The notes beneath the pieces are model-generated. The model had not been told where the DNA came from. It saw only the letters and a list, made by a program, of their open reading frames with translations, and searched no databases. Below are positions 29,433-39,696 of a stretch of DNA of 64,000 bases, one piece after another. Location: NCBI GenBank assembly GCA_965223855.1, contig CBDCXM010000008.1:192001-256000 (forward strand), given 5' to 3'. Source of the stretch: Candidatus Multivoradales bacterium. Lineage in GTDB: Bacteria; Acidobacteriota; Thermoanaerobaculia; Multivoradales; JAHEKO01. Position numbers and translations under genes: made by a program. Each line of letters starts with the position of its first letter. Within the stretch, counting starts at the first letter, position 1.

Positions 29433-29760
29433 TCCGGAAGATTCCTGATCTGGCCACTCGAGTGATTGAGCGCCTGGCTCCGGCCTGACAGGCGGCACCA
29501 GCGGGTCGCACCGATCCGACCGGCCACGCGAGGGGCGAAAGAACTCCAGGTAGGGCCGGCTCTTTCCGGACCGCTGCGCCGGGAGCCCGACCCTCTCCAG
29601 CCAAGCCGACGCTACCCGCCGGCCGCACCGAGTACACCCGCTCAGCTGCGCATCACTTCCGGTTGAGGCTGGTCCTGCCGCGCCTGCCGGCTTGCCCGGC
29701 TAGCCGGAAGCACAAGTCCTCGCCGGCCCGACCGGAGAGCAGCTCAAGATCGGGCAGGCT

Positions 29761-31347
29761 CTACCTGAGCGCCGCCTCGGTACGGATGACGTTGGCCAGC
29801 GGCAGCTTCTCGTCGGCTCCCGACCAGAGGTCGCGCAGCTCGCCGTAGCTGCGCCCGGCCGCATCCCAGTCTTCGAGCGCCCGCGCGGCCCTGCCTGCGC
29901 CGAGAAGGCTCAACGCCCTTCCGGGGGTGCGAGCCAGCTGGCGGGAGAAGGCGTCGGCCGCCTCCGCGTTCCGGCCGAGGGTGAGCAGCACCTCGCCGAG
30001 CAGCTCGAGGGACGGCTTCATGATCGTCGGCGGGCCGAACATGTAGGGGCGCGCCGTTTCGAGCTCGACCGCTTCGGCGAGCTTCGCCACCGCTGCCTCG
30101 GGATCGCTGTCGACGGCGAGCAGCGCTTCGAGCTCCAACGCGAGGATCTGCGCCTGGTCCTCGAAATCGTCGCGCCGCGCCCCCTCGCCGTTCTCGACCG
30201 CGCGCAGCATTCCGAGGGCCTGGCGCACCGCGTCGTCCTCTCCCTGATAGTAGGCCGCAAGCCCGCGGGCGAAGACGTAGTTGTGATGCCCGCCGACGGT
30301 CCGGTCGAGATCCTCCGGCCAGTCGTCCTCCGCCTCCCAGTCCTCGAGATCGATCGCCTGGCGCGCCCACATCGCCGCGTAGTGCCACTGCACCCCCTCG
30401 TCGGTCGTCATGTCGACACTGCCCCGACAGGCGTCCATGACCTGCTGCGCCTCGGCCGCCCGGCCGAGCTGCAGGTAGCCGTAGAGCAGCCAGTAGGGGT
30501 AGTGGCCGCACAGGCGCGGTGGGCGGTCCTTCTTCTCGAAGCCCGCGTTCTGGACGTCGCGGGCCACGATGTTGGCATCGATCACGTCCTGCCACCTGCC
30601 GAGGGCGACGAAGATGTGCGACGTCATGTGCTGGGCGTGCGCAGCGGCCGGGGCGATTTCGGCGTAGGTCTCCGCCATCGGCACCCCGAGCGGGGCGTGC
30701 ACCGGGTCGTCGAACGAGTGGATCAGGTAGTGGGCGGCGCCGGGATGCTGGTCGTTGGCGTTCCAGACGTCGAAAGCGATCGCTGCGGCTCGCATGTATG
30801 TGGCGAAGTCGCGCCCTTCGTGCGCCGAACCCAGAACGGCCAGCGCCTCGAACGCGCGAGCCTCGTGGTCGTCCGGGTAGTCGGCCGCCAGCCGGCTCAT
30901 CGCCGCCAGATAGAGGTCGTCCCGGGTCGCCTTGTCGGCATCGGCGCTCTTCGGGTCGAGACCGAAGAGAATCTCGACCGCCTCGACGTAGCGCCCCTCG
31001 CGCTCCGTGGTCGTGCGTTCCCGTCGCTCGCGAGGAGTTGCCCCCAGCGCTTCGAGCACGGCGCGTCCCGCTTGAGTCTCCTGCTCCATCCAGATCGGAT
31101 GGTTGTGGGTCATCGCCTCGCCCCAGTAGGCGAGGACGAAGTCCCCGTCGGTCTCACGCGCACGGCGGAAGGCGTCGCGGGCGTCCTCGTACTCGAAGTT
31201 GTGAAGGTAGAGGACCCCCTCCAGGAAGTCCGCCTGCGCGGCCTCGGAGCCGCTGTTGGGGAAGTCGATCCTGCCCAGCAGTTCGGCGTTGACGGCTGCC
31301 GGCAGGAGAAGAGTCAGCGCCAGCGCTCGGGCGCAGGTTCGGAGCAT
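29761..31347 (-). CDS. Exported TPR-repeat protein
   Basis: Signal peptide, FLEGVLYLHNF, AYWGEAM, HPGAAHYLIH and HAQHMTSHIF; helical repeats. Confidence 0.82.
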   Translation of the reverse strand: MLRTCARALALTLLLPAAVNAELLGRIDFPNSGSEAAQADFLEGVLYLHNFEYEDARDAFRRARETDGDFVLAYWGEAMTHNHPIWMEQETQAGRAVLEALGATPRERRERTTTEREGRYVEAVEILFGLDPKSADADKATRDDLYLAAMSRLAADYPDDHEARAFEALAVLGSAHEGRDFATYMRAAAIAFDVWNANDQHPGAAHYLIHSFDDPVHAPLGVPMAETYAEIAPAAAHAQHMTSHIFVALGRWQDVIDANIVARDVQNAGFEKKDRPPRLCGHYPYWLLYGYLQLGRAAEAQQVMDACRGSVDMTTDEGVQWHYAAMWARQAIDLEDWEAEDDWPEDLDRTVGGHHNYVFARGLAAYYQGEDDAVRQALGMLRAVENGEGARRDDFEDQAQILALELEALLAVDSDPEAAVAKLAEAVELETARPYMFGPPTIMKPSLELLGEVLLTLGRNAEAADAFSRQLARTPGRALSLLGAGRAARALEDWDAAGRSYGELRDLWSGADEKLPLANVIRTEAALR

Positions 31348-31458
31348 TTCGTGGCCTCGCTTTCCAGGTACCAGGACCGCATTGTACCCGTGCCCTGCGC
31401 AGACAGGGGATCCTCGCCCCCGCGCTGTCTGGAAGCCCGGGTCGGCCTCAGGGGGTCT

Positions 31459-32838
31459 TCACGGAACGGTCGCCGACCATGCCGAGGTGTCCCCGCTCTC
31501 GAAGCCGTCGCAGAACAGCGGCTCGATGCGCCGGTACACCCACGAGGTGCCTCCCGGCGGCGGGAGGAAGAACTGCGCCGGCTGCGAGATCACAATCCGC
31601 TCGGCGTCCATCGCGATCGGGCGGCCGAAGCCGTCGAAGGCGTGCGGCGAGGGGGCGCTGATCTTCTGCAGCTCCTGCCACCCGGCACCGTCGAAGCCGT
31701 ACTCGTAGACCACTCCGCGCCCCGGCTCGCCGGGGAAGTCCGACTCCGCGGCGACGAAGGCGCGGTCGCCGCGAAGCGCCACCGATTCCCCGAAGTAGCC
31801 GTCCTCCTGGCCGTCGGAGGCGGTCAGGCGCTGCTCCTCCACCCAGTCGGCGCCTTCTCGTCGAAACACATAGGCGGCGCCCTGACGGACGTTGCCGTCG
31901 ATGATCTTCTGCTGGGCGCCGATCAGGGCGCTGTCTCCGTCCAGGGAAACCGACCAGCCGAAGCGATCCGGATCAGAACCATCGGACGCCAGGAGTGTAT
32001 CTTCCACTTCCCAGAGCCCCGCTGTGCGGAGAAAGACCAGGGCCTTACCCCTGCTGGGATCGTTGCCGACGTGGGCCGAGTACGCTCCGACTAGAGTTCT
32101 CTCTCCGCTGAGATCTACGGCCCAGCCGAAGAGGTCAGAGCACTCTCCCTTAGGGTCAAGCAGCTTCTCCTCTTCTGCCCAACTCGCACCATCAAAGACG
32201 AAGACGTAAGCCGCCCCCGTCTCGCAACCCTCAGCTTCGAGCCCACTCTCCTCGAAAGGCGCTCCCGCGACAACTCTCGGCGCGTCGAATGCAACGTGCT
32301 GCCCAAACCGATCCTGGGCATCACCGTCTGAAGCCAGAAGTACCGCCGACTCAGACCAAGCAGTACCCGTCCTCTCAAAGACGTATACGGCTCCCTCGAA
32401 CGCCAGGCCCTGAGGCGCAGCGAAAGGAGCGCCGACGACGGCGATGTCGCCCTGAAGCGCCACAGAGAATCCAAAGCCATCGCCCTCGCTCGCGTCGGAG
32501 GCGACCAGTTGCGCCTCCTGCGCCCAACCGTCCTCTCCTCGGACAAAGACGTACACGGCCCCCTGCTCATCGAGACCCTGCGGTGCGGCGCGGTCGGCGC
32601 CTACCAGAAGTGTGTCACCGTCGATTGCCAGAGCGTGTCCGAAGCCCCAAAACTGCTGTTGATCGGCACCGAAGATGCGCGCCTCCAGCTCCAGCTTGGA
32701 GGGCGCCTGAGCGCCAACTGACGAAGCAACGAAGAAGAAGATAGCTAGGAGCCGAGTAGCCGCTGCCGGTAGCCACTCGCTCGAGCGGCCACTTAAGAAG
32801 CCCCGGCAACACTCTCTAGGGGACACAGGGAAGCGCAC
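31459..32838 (-). CDS. Exported FG-GAP (integrin-alpha-like beta-propeller) protein with C-terminal DGFESGD tail
   Basis: Seven FG.sVa..Gd...vGA repeats; ends LFCDGFESGDTSAWSATVP. Confidence 0.88.
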   Translation of the reverse strand: MRFPVSPRECCRGFLSGRSSEWLPAAATRLLAIFFFVASSVGAQAPSKLELEARIFGADQQQFWGFGHALAIDGDTLLVGADRAAPQGLDEQGAVYVFVRGEDGWAQEAQLVASDASEGDGFGFSVALQGDIAVVGAPFAAPQGLAFEGAVYVFERTGTAWSESAVLLASDGDAQDRFGQHVAFDAPRVVAGAPFEESGLEAEGCETGAAYVFVFDGASWAEEEKLLDPKGECSDLFGWAVDLSGERTLVGAYSAHVGNDPSRGKALVFLRTAGLWEVEDTLLASDGSDPDRFGWSVSLDGDSALIGAQQKIIDGNVRQGAAYVFRREGADWVEEQRLTASDGQEDGYFGESVALRGDRAFVAAESDFPGEPGRGVVYEYGFDGAGWQELQKISAPSPHAFDGFGRPIAMDAERIVISQPAQFFLPPPGGTSWVYRRIEPLFCDGFESGDTSAWSATVP

Positions 32839-34942
32839 CGCTGTGATGCAGGCGTACCTCGAACCTGTCGAGATCCAGCTCGACCTCTCTGTCGTGGTTC
32901 GGGTGATTCCTGAAGACCAGCTGCCAAGGGCCTCCTACTGACGAACGTCCATTGAGGTCGGCGAGTGCTTCGGCCGCCGGACTCGTGTCGTCGTCGTAGA
33001 TCGTCTTCCACGGATCCTCAAAGTCCTTCAGCAGCACTTCTGCTCCCCCAGTTCCAGGCGAGACGATACTGATCGAGAACGGAGGCCCATTGCCCCCGGT
33101 CTTGACCGGGAAACTCAGGTCGATCGCCACGTCCACATCGTCGATGATCGAGCTCCCGCCCGTCGGCACGACGGTCAGGGGCTGAGAGTGCTCACCTCCG
33201 AAGGGAGCCAGAACAACTGCCTCCGGGAGAGTGAGGTCCGGCGTGATCTCACGGCAATGGTCGAAGATCACGTTGCGTACCTGCTCGCATTCGGGCTCCG
33301 AGCAAGCGTCGGTAGCAAACGTCACGGTTCCGGTTCTAACGCCCGGCGCGAGGCCGCTACCGTTGAGTGTGACCGGCACGCTTACCAGTGGCGCCTCCTG
33401 GTACTTGCCGGGCAAAGTCTCCTGCAGTACGGCCGGTAGCGAAGGCGAACCCAACTCCATCCAAGAAGCGCTGGGGCTCGGCGTAATGGTCACGTCCTGA
33501 ACCCCGATCCAGCGGTTGACGAAGGTATAGGTCTGCACCGAGCCGTGTGGAGCTCCGGGACCCTCGCCGACGAAATCGAGCGGAGGCGACAGAGTAAAGC
33601 CGTTGATGCCAACGTGAGCGCGGTGGGTCACCGGATCGCTGGTGCCGTAGGTCAGGTCCCAGACACGAATCTCCTCCTCGTACAGACCCGGGGTTGCTAC
33701 CAGCGCGTCGCTCGGCAGGAAGGACAGGCTCTCCGACAGCCCGTCTCCCAGGGTGCCGGAGGTCGGGCCGTTGACGACCTCGAACGGGTGGGGCGGGCTC
33801 CCGTCGCGGTCCAGGGTCCAGTCGATTCCAGGCAGCGTCGCAGGGACGTTGCTCGCAGAGAGAGTCAACGACCAGGCCTCGTAGTCGATGGAGGCGCCGG
33901 GCGGGCCGTAGTAGTCGACGAGAGAGCCGCTCGGCAACCCCGCTTGAAGGCCGATGATCGGAAGCTCGTTGAGCCAGGCGCTAGAGAGGGTTCAGGAAGT
34001 CGTATCGCCGTCGCATTCAAAGCAGAGCTCGGCACAACCGTCAAGCGGTGGCCCCCCGAGGATCGTGATCCAGGGATAACCGTCATGCACGTTGGTCGCA
34101 TTGCTGAAGACCTTGCCCGTTCTGAGGTTGACCATCGGACTGCCCGAGCTGCCACCGAGGACATGGAGGTTCGTGCGAAGCCCGGCAGTCGTGACGGTCG
34201 AGATCTCCGCTTTCATCGGAATGCGAGCCGGGTGCCCAAGAATGAGTACCGGATCTCCAAGCTCGGTCTGGGGATGGCGCTCGACCACCATCGGAAGGCG
34301 ATCTTCAACGTCTGCAACGAGCTCGATCAAAGCCCAGTCAGCACCCAATGTCAGCTCGCTCTGCTGGATATCCTCGTTCAAGCTCGATGACGTGTCGACC
34401 AGTACCCGCGAGCATCGAACGGCATTGTCGGAAGGGATGAACACTGTCCCGGGACCGGAAATCGGGGCCTGATCGGCATAGTCGAAAATCACCCAGCGGT
34501 TCGGACAGTCGTAAGGTGCCGGATTGCTTGGTCCCTGCGGATCATTGATGCAGTGGCCGGCGGTCACGACCAGGTTGGGTGCGACGAGGAATCCGGAGCA
34601 GCCCTTCACACCTCCGGGAGGACGCGCAATCGTCGGCTGGCCATAGAAGTCCTCCATCGGGTCACAGATCAGCTTGCTATCGAGCCCTCCGTGCAGCCTT
34701 GTCCATGGGTCCACGGCCATGAGATAGCCGCCCGATACTGGAGTAAGGTCAGCGTTGGTCGCCAGAAGAACTTCGGCACCCGCCAAGCGCTCTCCAGTGG
34801 TGGGAGCTGCCGTCTGTCCGGCCAGCGAGAGATCAGCCAGCTCTATCCATGGGAGCTGCTGAGCGTTGGCCACCGTCGCCATTAACCCGACCAGGACAGC
34901 CCCCCCCTGCCGCACCCATCGACTGCTTGTTCTTGAGATCAC
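32816..34942 (-). pseudogene. Exported trypsin-like serine protease with Ig/BACON-like and P-domain-like C-terminal region; interrupted by in-frame TGA at 33992-33994
   Basis: TAGHC, DWAL and GGSSGSP triad; the two track ORFs are in the same frame, joined by TGA plus 18 sense codons. Confidence 0.75.
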
Positions 34943-35042
34943 GTTTCCTCCGATCTCGGGCCTCCCTCAGTCTAGCGGCAACCTGGATCGATCGTCGATG
35001 TCGAGGATCGCCGCGCGAGCCATCCCGATCTCTGGCAAGAAC

Positions 35043-35066
35043 AAAAGGGCCGCCCGAAGGCGGCCC
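35043..35066 (-). terminator. Rho-independent terminator of the alpha operon
   Basis: GGGCCGCC-TTCG-GGCGGCCC-TTTT on the minus strand after rplQ. Confidence 0.85.
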
Positions 35067-35092
35067 CTCCTCAACTGCGCTGTGTGCAGTCG

Positions 35093-35455
35093 TCAGTCGC
35101 CCTGATCGACGAACTCGAGGATCGCCATCTCTGCGGCGTCGCCCTTGCGGGGACCGAGCTTGACGATGCGCGTGTAGCCGCCCGGGCGGGTGGCGAAGCG
35201 CGGCGAGATCTCGTCGAAGAGCTTCTTGACGTCGGTGCGGTCGGGCAGCCAGCGGCGCACCTGCCGGCGCGCGTGGACGGTGTCCTCGCGCCCCTTGGTG
35301 ACGACACGCTCGGCGACCGGCCGCAGCGCCTTGGCCTTGGCGAGCGTCGTGCGGATGCGGCCGTGCCGCACCAGCGAGGTGAGCTGGTTGCGGAACATCG
35401 CGATCCGGTGGGACGACGTCCGCCCGAGCTTTCTTCCGTGAACGTTGTGACGCAT
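35093..35455 (-). CDS. rplQ: 50S ribosomal protein L17
   Basis: MRHNVHGRKLGRTSSHR and RPGGYTRI. Confidence 0.97.
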   Translation of the reverse strand: MRHNVHGRKLGRTSSHRIAMFRNQLTSLVRHGRIRTTLAKAKALRPVAERVVTKGREDTVHARRQVRRWLPDRTDVKKLFDEISPRFATRPGGYTRIVKLGPRKGDAAEMAILEFVDQGD

Positions 35456-35497
35456 GTCGGTTCTCCTTGGCCTGAGCGCGTGGCCGGTCAGGCCGGC

Positions 35498-36472
35498 TTA
35501 GGCGGAGGCTCCGCTCTCCGGCACGTCCATGCCGAGCCGCAGGCCGAACTCCTCGAGGATCCCCTGGACCTCGTCCAGCGAGCGCTGGCCGAAGTTCTTG
35601 GTCTCGAGCATCTCCTTCTCGGTCCGCCGCACGAGGTCGCGCAGGGTGTGAATGCGGGCGTTCTTGAGGCAGTTGGCGGAGCGAGCCGAGAGCGCGAGCT
35701 CGTCGATGCTCTTCGCCAGCAGTCCGTCGAGGCCGGTCGGCTCCTCGGGAGCCTCTTCCGGCTCCTCGGCGGCCGCCTCCTCGGACTCCATGAAGATCGT
35801 CAGGTGATCCTTCAGGAGCGACGAGGCGTGCGACAGCGCCTGCTCGGGCGCCAGCGTGCCGTTGGTCCAGATCTCGATCACCAGCCGCTCGTAGTCGGTG
35901 GCGCGACCGACGCGGGCCGCCTCGACTGTGTAGTTGACACGGCGTACCGGCGAGTGCGAGGAGTCGAGCGGAATCCAGCCGATTCCCATGCTCTCGTCGA
36001 AGTTCTGCTCGGCGCTGACATAGCCGCGGCCGTTCCTCACCTGAGCCTGGAGCTTGAGGTGACCCTCCTCGTTGACGGTCGCCACCGGAGCGTCGGGATC
36101 GCAGACCTCGACCTCCGAGTCGCCCAGGAGCTGCCCGGCCGTAGCCTCACCGGGGCCCTCGAGGTCGATCGTGATCACCCGCGGCTCCTCGGAGTGCAGG
36201 CGAATCGGGATCTGCTTGAGATTGAGCGTGAGCTCGGTCATGTCCTGGACGACGCCGGGAATCGACGAGAACTCGTGCAGGACGCCTTCGAGCTGAACGG
36301 CGGTGATCGCCGCTCCCTCGATCGAGGACAGCAGGCAGCGGCGCAGGGCGTTGCCGACGGTGGTCGCGAAGCCCTGCTCGAACGGCTGAGCGACGAAGCG
36401 ACCGTAGGTCTCGGTCAGCGTGTCGTGGTCGACCTCGACTCGCTGGGGACGCTGAAAACCCTTCCAAAGCAT
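35498..36472 (-). CDS. rpoA: RNA polymerase alpha subunit
   Basis: GNALRR.LLSSIEG, LHEFS and RSANCLKNA. Confidence 0.97.
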   Translation of the reverse strand: MLWKGFQRPQRVEVDHDTLTETYGRFVAQPFEQGFATTVGNALRRCLLSSIEGAAITAVQLEGVLHEFSSIPGVVQDMTELTLNLKQIPIRLHSEEPRVITIDLEGPGEATAGQLLGDSEVEVCDPDAPVATVNEEGHLKLQAQVRNGRGYVSAEQNFDESMGIGWIPLDSSHSPVRRVNYTVEAARVGRATDYERLVIEIWTNGTLAPEQALSHASSLLKDHLTIFMESEEAAAEEPEEAPEEPTGLDGLLAKSIDELALSARSANCLKNARIHTLRDLVRRTEKEMLETKNFGQRSLDEVQGILEEFGLRLGMDVPESGASA

Positions 36473-36531
36473 CGGGGAACTCCTTGTGGTGTGACGCCGG
36501 GCGCGGCAGCGCCCGAGGGGAATGCGAATTC

Positions 36532-37161
36532 TTAACGGCTGTAGAGCTCGACGATGAGCTGCTCTTCGATCGGCAGCTTCACGTCGTCACGGGTCGGCAG
36601 GTTGTTGACCTTGCCGGCAAAGTTCTCGACATCGAGGTCGAGCCAGACCGGGATGCCCCGGCCACGCGCCGATTCGATGCTGGCGCGAATGAAGTCGTTC
36701 TTGCGGCTCTTCTCGCGGACCGAGATCTCCTGCCCGACCCGCAGCTGATACGACGGAATCGTCGTCTTGCTTCCGTCGACCAGGATATGTCCGTGCCGCA
36801 CGAGCTGCCGCGCCTGAGCGCGCGAGGAAGCGAAGCCGAGGTTGTAGACCACGCTGTCGAGCCTCCGCTCGAGGGTCACGAGCAGCGATTCACCGGTGAC
36901 GCCCTTCGAGCGCGCCGCCTGCTTGAAGTAGGTACGGAACTGCTTCTCGAGCACTCCGTACATGCGCTTGACCTTCTGCTTCTCGCGAAGCTGCGGGCCA
37001 TAGCCCTGCGGCCGGCGGCCGCGGCGCTGGCCGTGCTGGCCGGGCGGGTAAGCCCGACGCTCGATCGCGCACTTCTCCTTGAAACAGCGGTCGCCCTTGA
37101 GGAAGAGCTTCATCCGCTCGCGGCGGCAGAGCCGGCAGACGGGTCCTGTGTAACGTGCCAT
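36532..37161 (-). CDS. rpsD: 30S ribosomal protein S4 (Zn-binding type)
   Basis: [15 protein letters not shown] and LIVELYSR. Confidence 0.97.
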   Translation of the reverse strand: MARYTGPVCRLCRRERMKLFLKGDRCFKEKCAIERRAYPPGQHGQRRGRRPQGYGPQLREKQKVKRMYGVLEKQFRTYFKQAARSKGVTGESLLVTLERRLDSVVYNLGFASSRAQARQLVRHGHILVDGSKTTIPSYQLRVGQEISVREKSRKNDFIRASIESARGRGIPVWLDLDVENFAGKVNNLPTRDDVKLPIEEQLIVELYSR

Positions 37162-37180
37162 CTTCGCTTCTCCTGTCCGC

Positions 37181-37582
37181 TCAGACTCTCCGGCGCTTCG
37201 GCGGCCGGCATCCGTTGTGAGGAATCGGGGTGACGTCGCGGATCGACTTCACGTAGAGGCCGCTTGCCGACAGGGCACGGACCGCGGACTCGCGACCGCC
37301 ACCGGCGCCCTTGAGCTCCACGTCGAGCGAGCGCATCCCCAGATCGCGCGCCGTCTGGGCGGCGTTCTGAGCGGCAACCTGGGCTGCGAAGGGCGTGCCC
37401 TTCCGCGAACCCTTGAAGCCGATCTTGCCGGCCGACGACCAGGCGACGACGTTGCCTTCCGGGTCGGAAATGGTGATGAGGGTGTTGTTGAACGTCGCCT
37501 TGATGTGCGCCATCCCGTGGGGGACGAGGCGCTTCTCCTTGCGGCGACGATCCTTCTTGCCAGTTTTCTTGTCTTTCGCCAT
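37181..37582 (-). CDS. rpsK: 30S ribosomal protein S11
   Basis: ATFNNT and [18 protein letters not shown]. Confidence 0.97.
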   Translation of the reverse strand: MAKDKKTGKKDRRRKEKRLVPHGMAHIKATFNNTLITISDPEGNVVAWSSAGKIGFKGSRKGTPFAAQVAAQNAAQTARDLGMRSLDVELKGAGGGRESAVRALSASGLYVKSIRDVTPIPHNGCRPPKRRRV

Positions 37583-37591
37583 TTCGACCTC

Positions 37592-37972
37592 TTACTTCTT
37601 GACCTTCTTCTTGCCTGCGACCGCGAGCTTGCGCGGACCCTTGCGGCCTCGAGCGTTGGTCGAGGTGCGCTGCCCCCGCACCGGCAGCCCGCGGCGGTGA
37701 CGGACACCCCGGTAGCTCCCGATCTCCATCAGCCGCTTGATGTTCTCGGCGACGATCTTGCGCAGATCGCCCTCGACGGCTCCGCCTTCCTGAATGACCT
37801 CGCGAATGCGACGAGCCTCGTCCTCGGTGAGGTCCTTGACCTTCGTCGCCTCCTCGACCTGGGCGCGCGAGAGGATCGACTTCGACCGCGTGCGGCCGAT
37901 GCCGTGGATGTAGGTCAGTCCGACCCAGATCTGCTTGGACGGCGGGAGATCCACGCCTGCGATTCGTGCCAT
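37592..37972 (-). CDS. rpsM: 30S ribosomal protein S13
   Basis: [10 protein letters not shown] and [13 protein letters not shown]. Confidence 0.97.
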   Translation of the reverse strand: MARIAGVDLPPSKQIWVGLTYIHGIGRTRSKSILSRAQVEEATKVKDLTEDEARRIREVIQEGGAVEGDLRKIVAENIKRLMEIGSYRGVRHRRGLPVRGQRTSTNARGRKGPRKLAVAGKKKVKK

Positions 37973-37978
37973 CTTTGA

Positions 37979-38092
37979 CTACCCCTGACGCTGCTTGTGC
38001 TTCGGGTTCTCGCAGATCACCCGCACCACACCGTGGCGGCGAACGACCTTGCACTTCGGACACATCTTCTTCACTGAGGCTCGCACTTTCAT
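37979..38092 (-). CDS. rpmJ: 50S ribosomal protein L36
   Basis: Manual translation [37 protein letters not shown] (not in the ORF track). Confidence 0.96.
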   Translation of the reverse strand: MKVRASVKKMCPKCKVVRRHGVVRVICENPKHKQRQG

Positions 38093-38105
38093 CAGTCCGA
38101 CTCCC

Positions 38106-38327
38106 CTAGCTCTTGAGCCTGTAGACGATTCGGCCGCGGTCGAGATCGTAGGGCGACAGCTCCACCCGGACCTTGTCGCCCGGGAGAATCCGGATGAAGA
38201 ACTTGCGCATCTTCCCGGAGACGTGAGCGAGCACCTTGTGCCCGTTCTCCAGCTCCACCGTGAACTGCGCGTTCGGCAGTTGTTCCGTGACTGTCGCTTC
38301 GACTTCGATTGCGTCTTCTTTGGGCAA
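38106..38327 (-). CDS. infA: Translation initiation factor IF-1
   Basis: TTG start; PKEDAIEVE...SGKMRK...[15 protein letters not shown]. Confidence 0.95.
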   Translation of the reverse strand: MPKEDAIEVEATVTEQLPNAQFTVELENGHKVLAHVSGKMRKFFIRILPGDKVRVELSPYDLDRGRIVYRLKS

Positions 38328-38362
38328 AACCTTGAAACCTCTTTCGATACGTTCGGCAGCCG

Positions 38363-39124
38363 TCAGGCCGCCAGTGCAAATCCGGGTCGTCCGAGGACCC
38401 GCGGGCCGCTCTCGGTCACCGCGACCGACACCTCGAAATGGGCGGCGAGCGACCCGTCGGCCGATCGGGCGGTCCAGCCGTCCGCATCGACCTTCATTCC
38501 CGGCGCCCCGGCATTGACCATCGGCTCGATGGCCAACACGAGCCCGGGCTTGAGGCGCGGACCGCGGCCCGGCCTCCCGTAGTTCGGCACCTGCGGCTCC
38601 TCGTGCAACGACGAACCGATCCCGTGCCCCGCGAATTCTCTCACAATCGAGAACCCTTGTGCCTCCACCGCCTGCTGCACCGCATGGCCGATGTCGGAAA
38701 GCCGCCCGCCGGGCCGTACCTGCTCCACCGCCCGGTGGAGCGACTCGCGGGTCACGTCGAGCAGCCGCGCCGCCTCGGGAGAGATCGAACCGACGGCGAA
38801 GGTGCGCGCCGCATCCCCATAGTACCCCTTGTAGATGACGCCGCAATCGACGCCGACGATGTCTCCCTCGTCGAGCGGCGCGTCGTTGGGGATGCCGTGC
38901 ACGATCACGTCGTTGACCGACGTGCAAAGGGTCGCCGGGAAGCCACGGTAGTTGAGGAACGCCGGCACGCCGCCGGCCTCACGAATGAGCTGCTCGGCCA
39001 TCGTGTCGAGCTCGCGCGTCGAGACGCCCGGCGCGACCCGCTCGGCCACCGCGTCGAGGACGCGATGGACGATCGTGTTCGCCTCGTCCATGAGGTCGAT
39101 CTCGCCGGTGTGCTTGAGGACCAT
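38363..39124 (-). CDS. map: Methionine aminopeptidase type I
   Basis: [32 protein letters not shown] and AHFE. Confidence 0.95.
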   Translation of the reverse strand: MVLKHTGEIDLMDEANTIVHRVLDAVAERVAPGVSTRELDTMAEQLIREAGGVPAFLNYRGFPATLCTSVNDVIVHGIPNDAPLDEGDIVGVDCGVIYKGYYGDAARTFAVGSISPEAARLLDVTRESLHRAVEQVRPGGRLSDIGHAVQQAVEAQGFSIVREFAGHGIGSSLHEEPQVPNYGRPGRGPRLKPGLVLAIEPMVNAGAPGMKVDADGWTARSADGSLAAHFEVSVAVTESGPRVLGRPGFALAA

Positions 39125-39696
39125 CAGGCTGCCACTCCCAGCGTCTCGAGGATCGACGCCGTCACCGCCTCGATCGCCTGATCGCCGTCGATCGGCTGGA
39201 GCAAGCCAAGCTCGCGGTAGTGATCGACGAGCGGCGCGGTGTTCTCTTCGTAGACCTCGAAACGCCGCCGGATCACCTCCTCGGTGTCGTCGGCGCGTTG
39301 CCGTGCGAGAGCGCGTCGCACCAGTTCGTCTTCCGGCACGATGATCTGCAGCACGCAGTCGAGCTCGCTCTCGGAACGGTCCAGGATGGCCGCCAGCGTG
39401 TCCGCCTGCGGCAGAGTGCGCGGATAGCCGTCGAGCAGGTAGCCGGAAGCGGCATCCTCCTGCGCCAGACGGTCGGTCACGACTTCCGCCATGGTGTCGT
39501 CGTCGACCAGCTCCCCCGAATCGAGGATGCTGCCGACGCGCTGCCCCAGCTCGGTGCCGGCCGCAACGGCCGCACGCAGCATGTCCCCGGTCGAGATCGC
39601 CGGGATGCCGAGAGCCTCGGAGATGCGGGCGGCCTGTGTGCCTTTCCCGCATCCCGGCGCTCCCAGGAGCACGATGCGCTCACCCGCGACGGCCAC
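39124..39696 (-). CDS. adk: Adenylate kinase (short, LID-less type)
   Basis: GAPGCGKGTQ, STGDMLR, LDGYPR and RADD. Confidence 0.95.
   Translation of the reverse strand: MAVAGERIVLLGAPGCGKGTQAARISEALGIPAISTGDMLRAAVAAGTELGQRVGSILDSGELVDDDTMAEVVTDRLAQEDAASGYLLDGYPRTLPQADTLAAILDRSESELDCVLQIIVPEDELVRRALARQRADDTEEVIRRRFEVYEENTAPLVDHYRELGLLQPIDGDQAIEAVTASILETLGVAA

Noticed and set aside
38363-39652. 429-aa extended map ORF and 273-aa extended infA ORF from the track
   Set aside because: The extensions overlap adk and map respectively; the probable starts are 39124 and 38327
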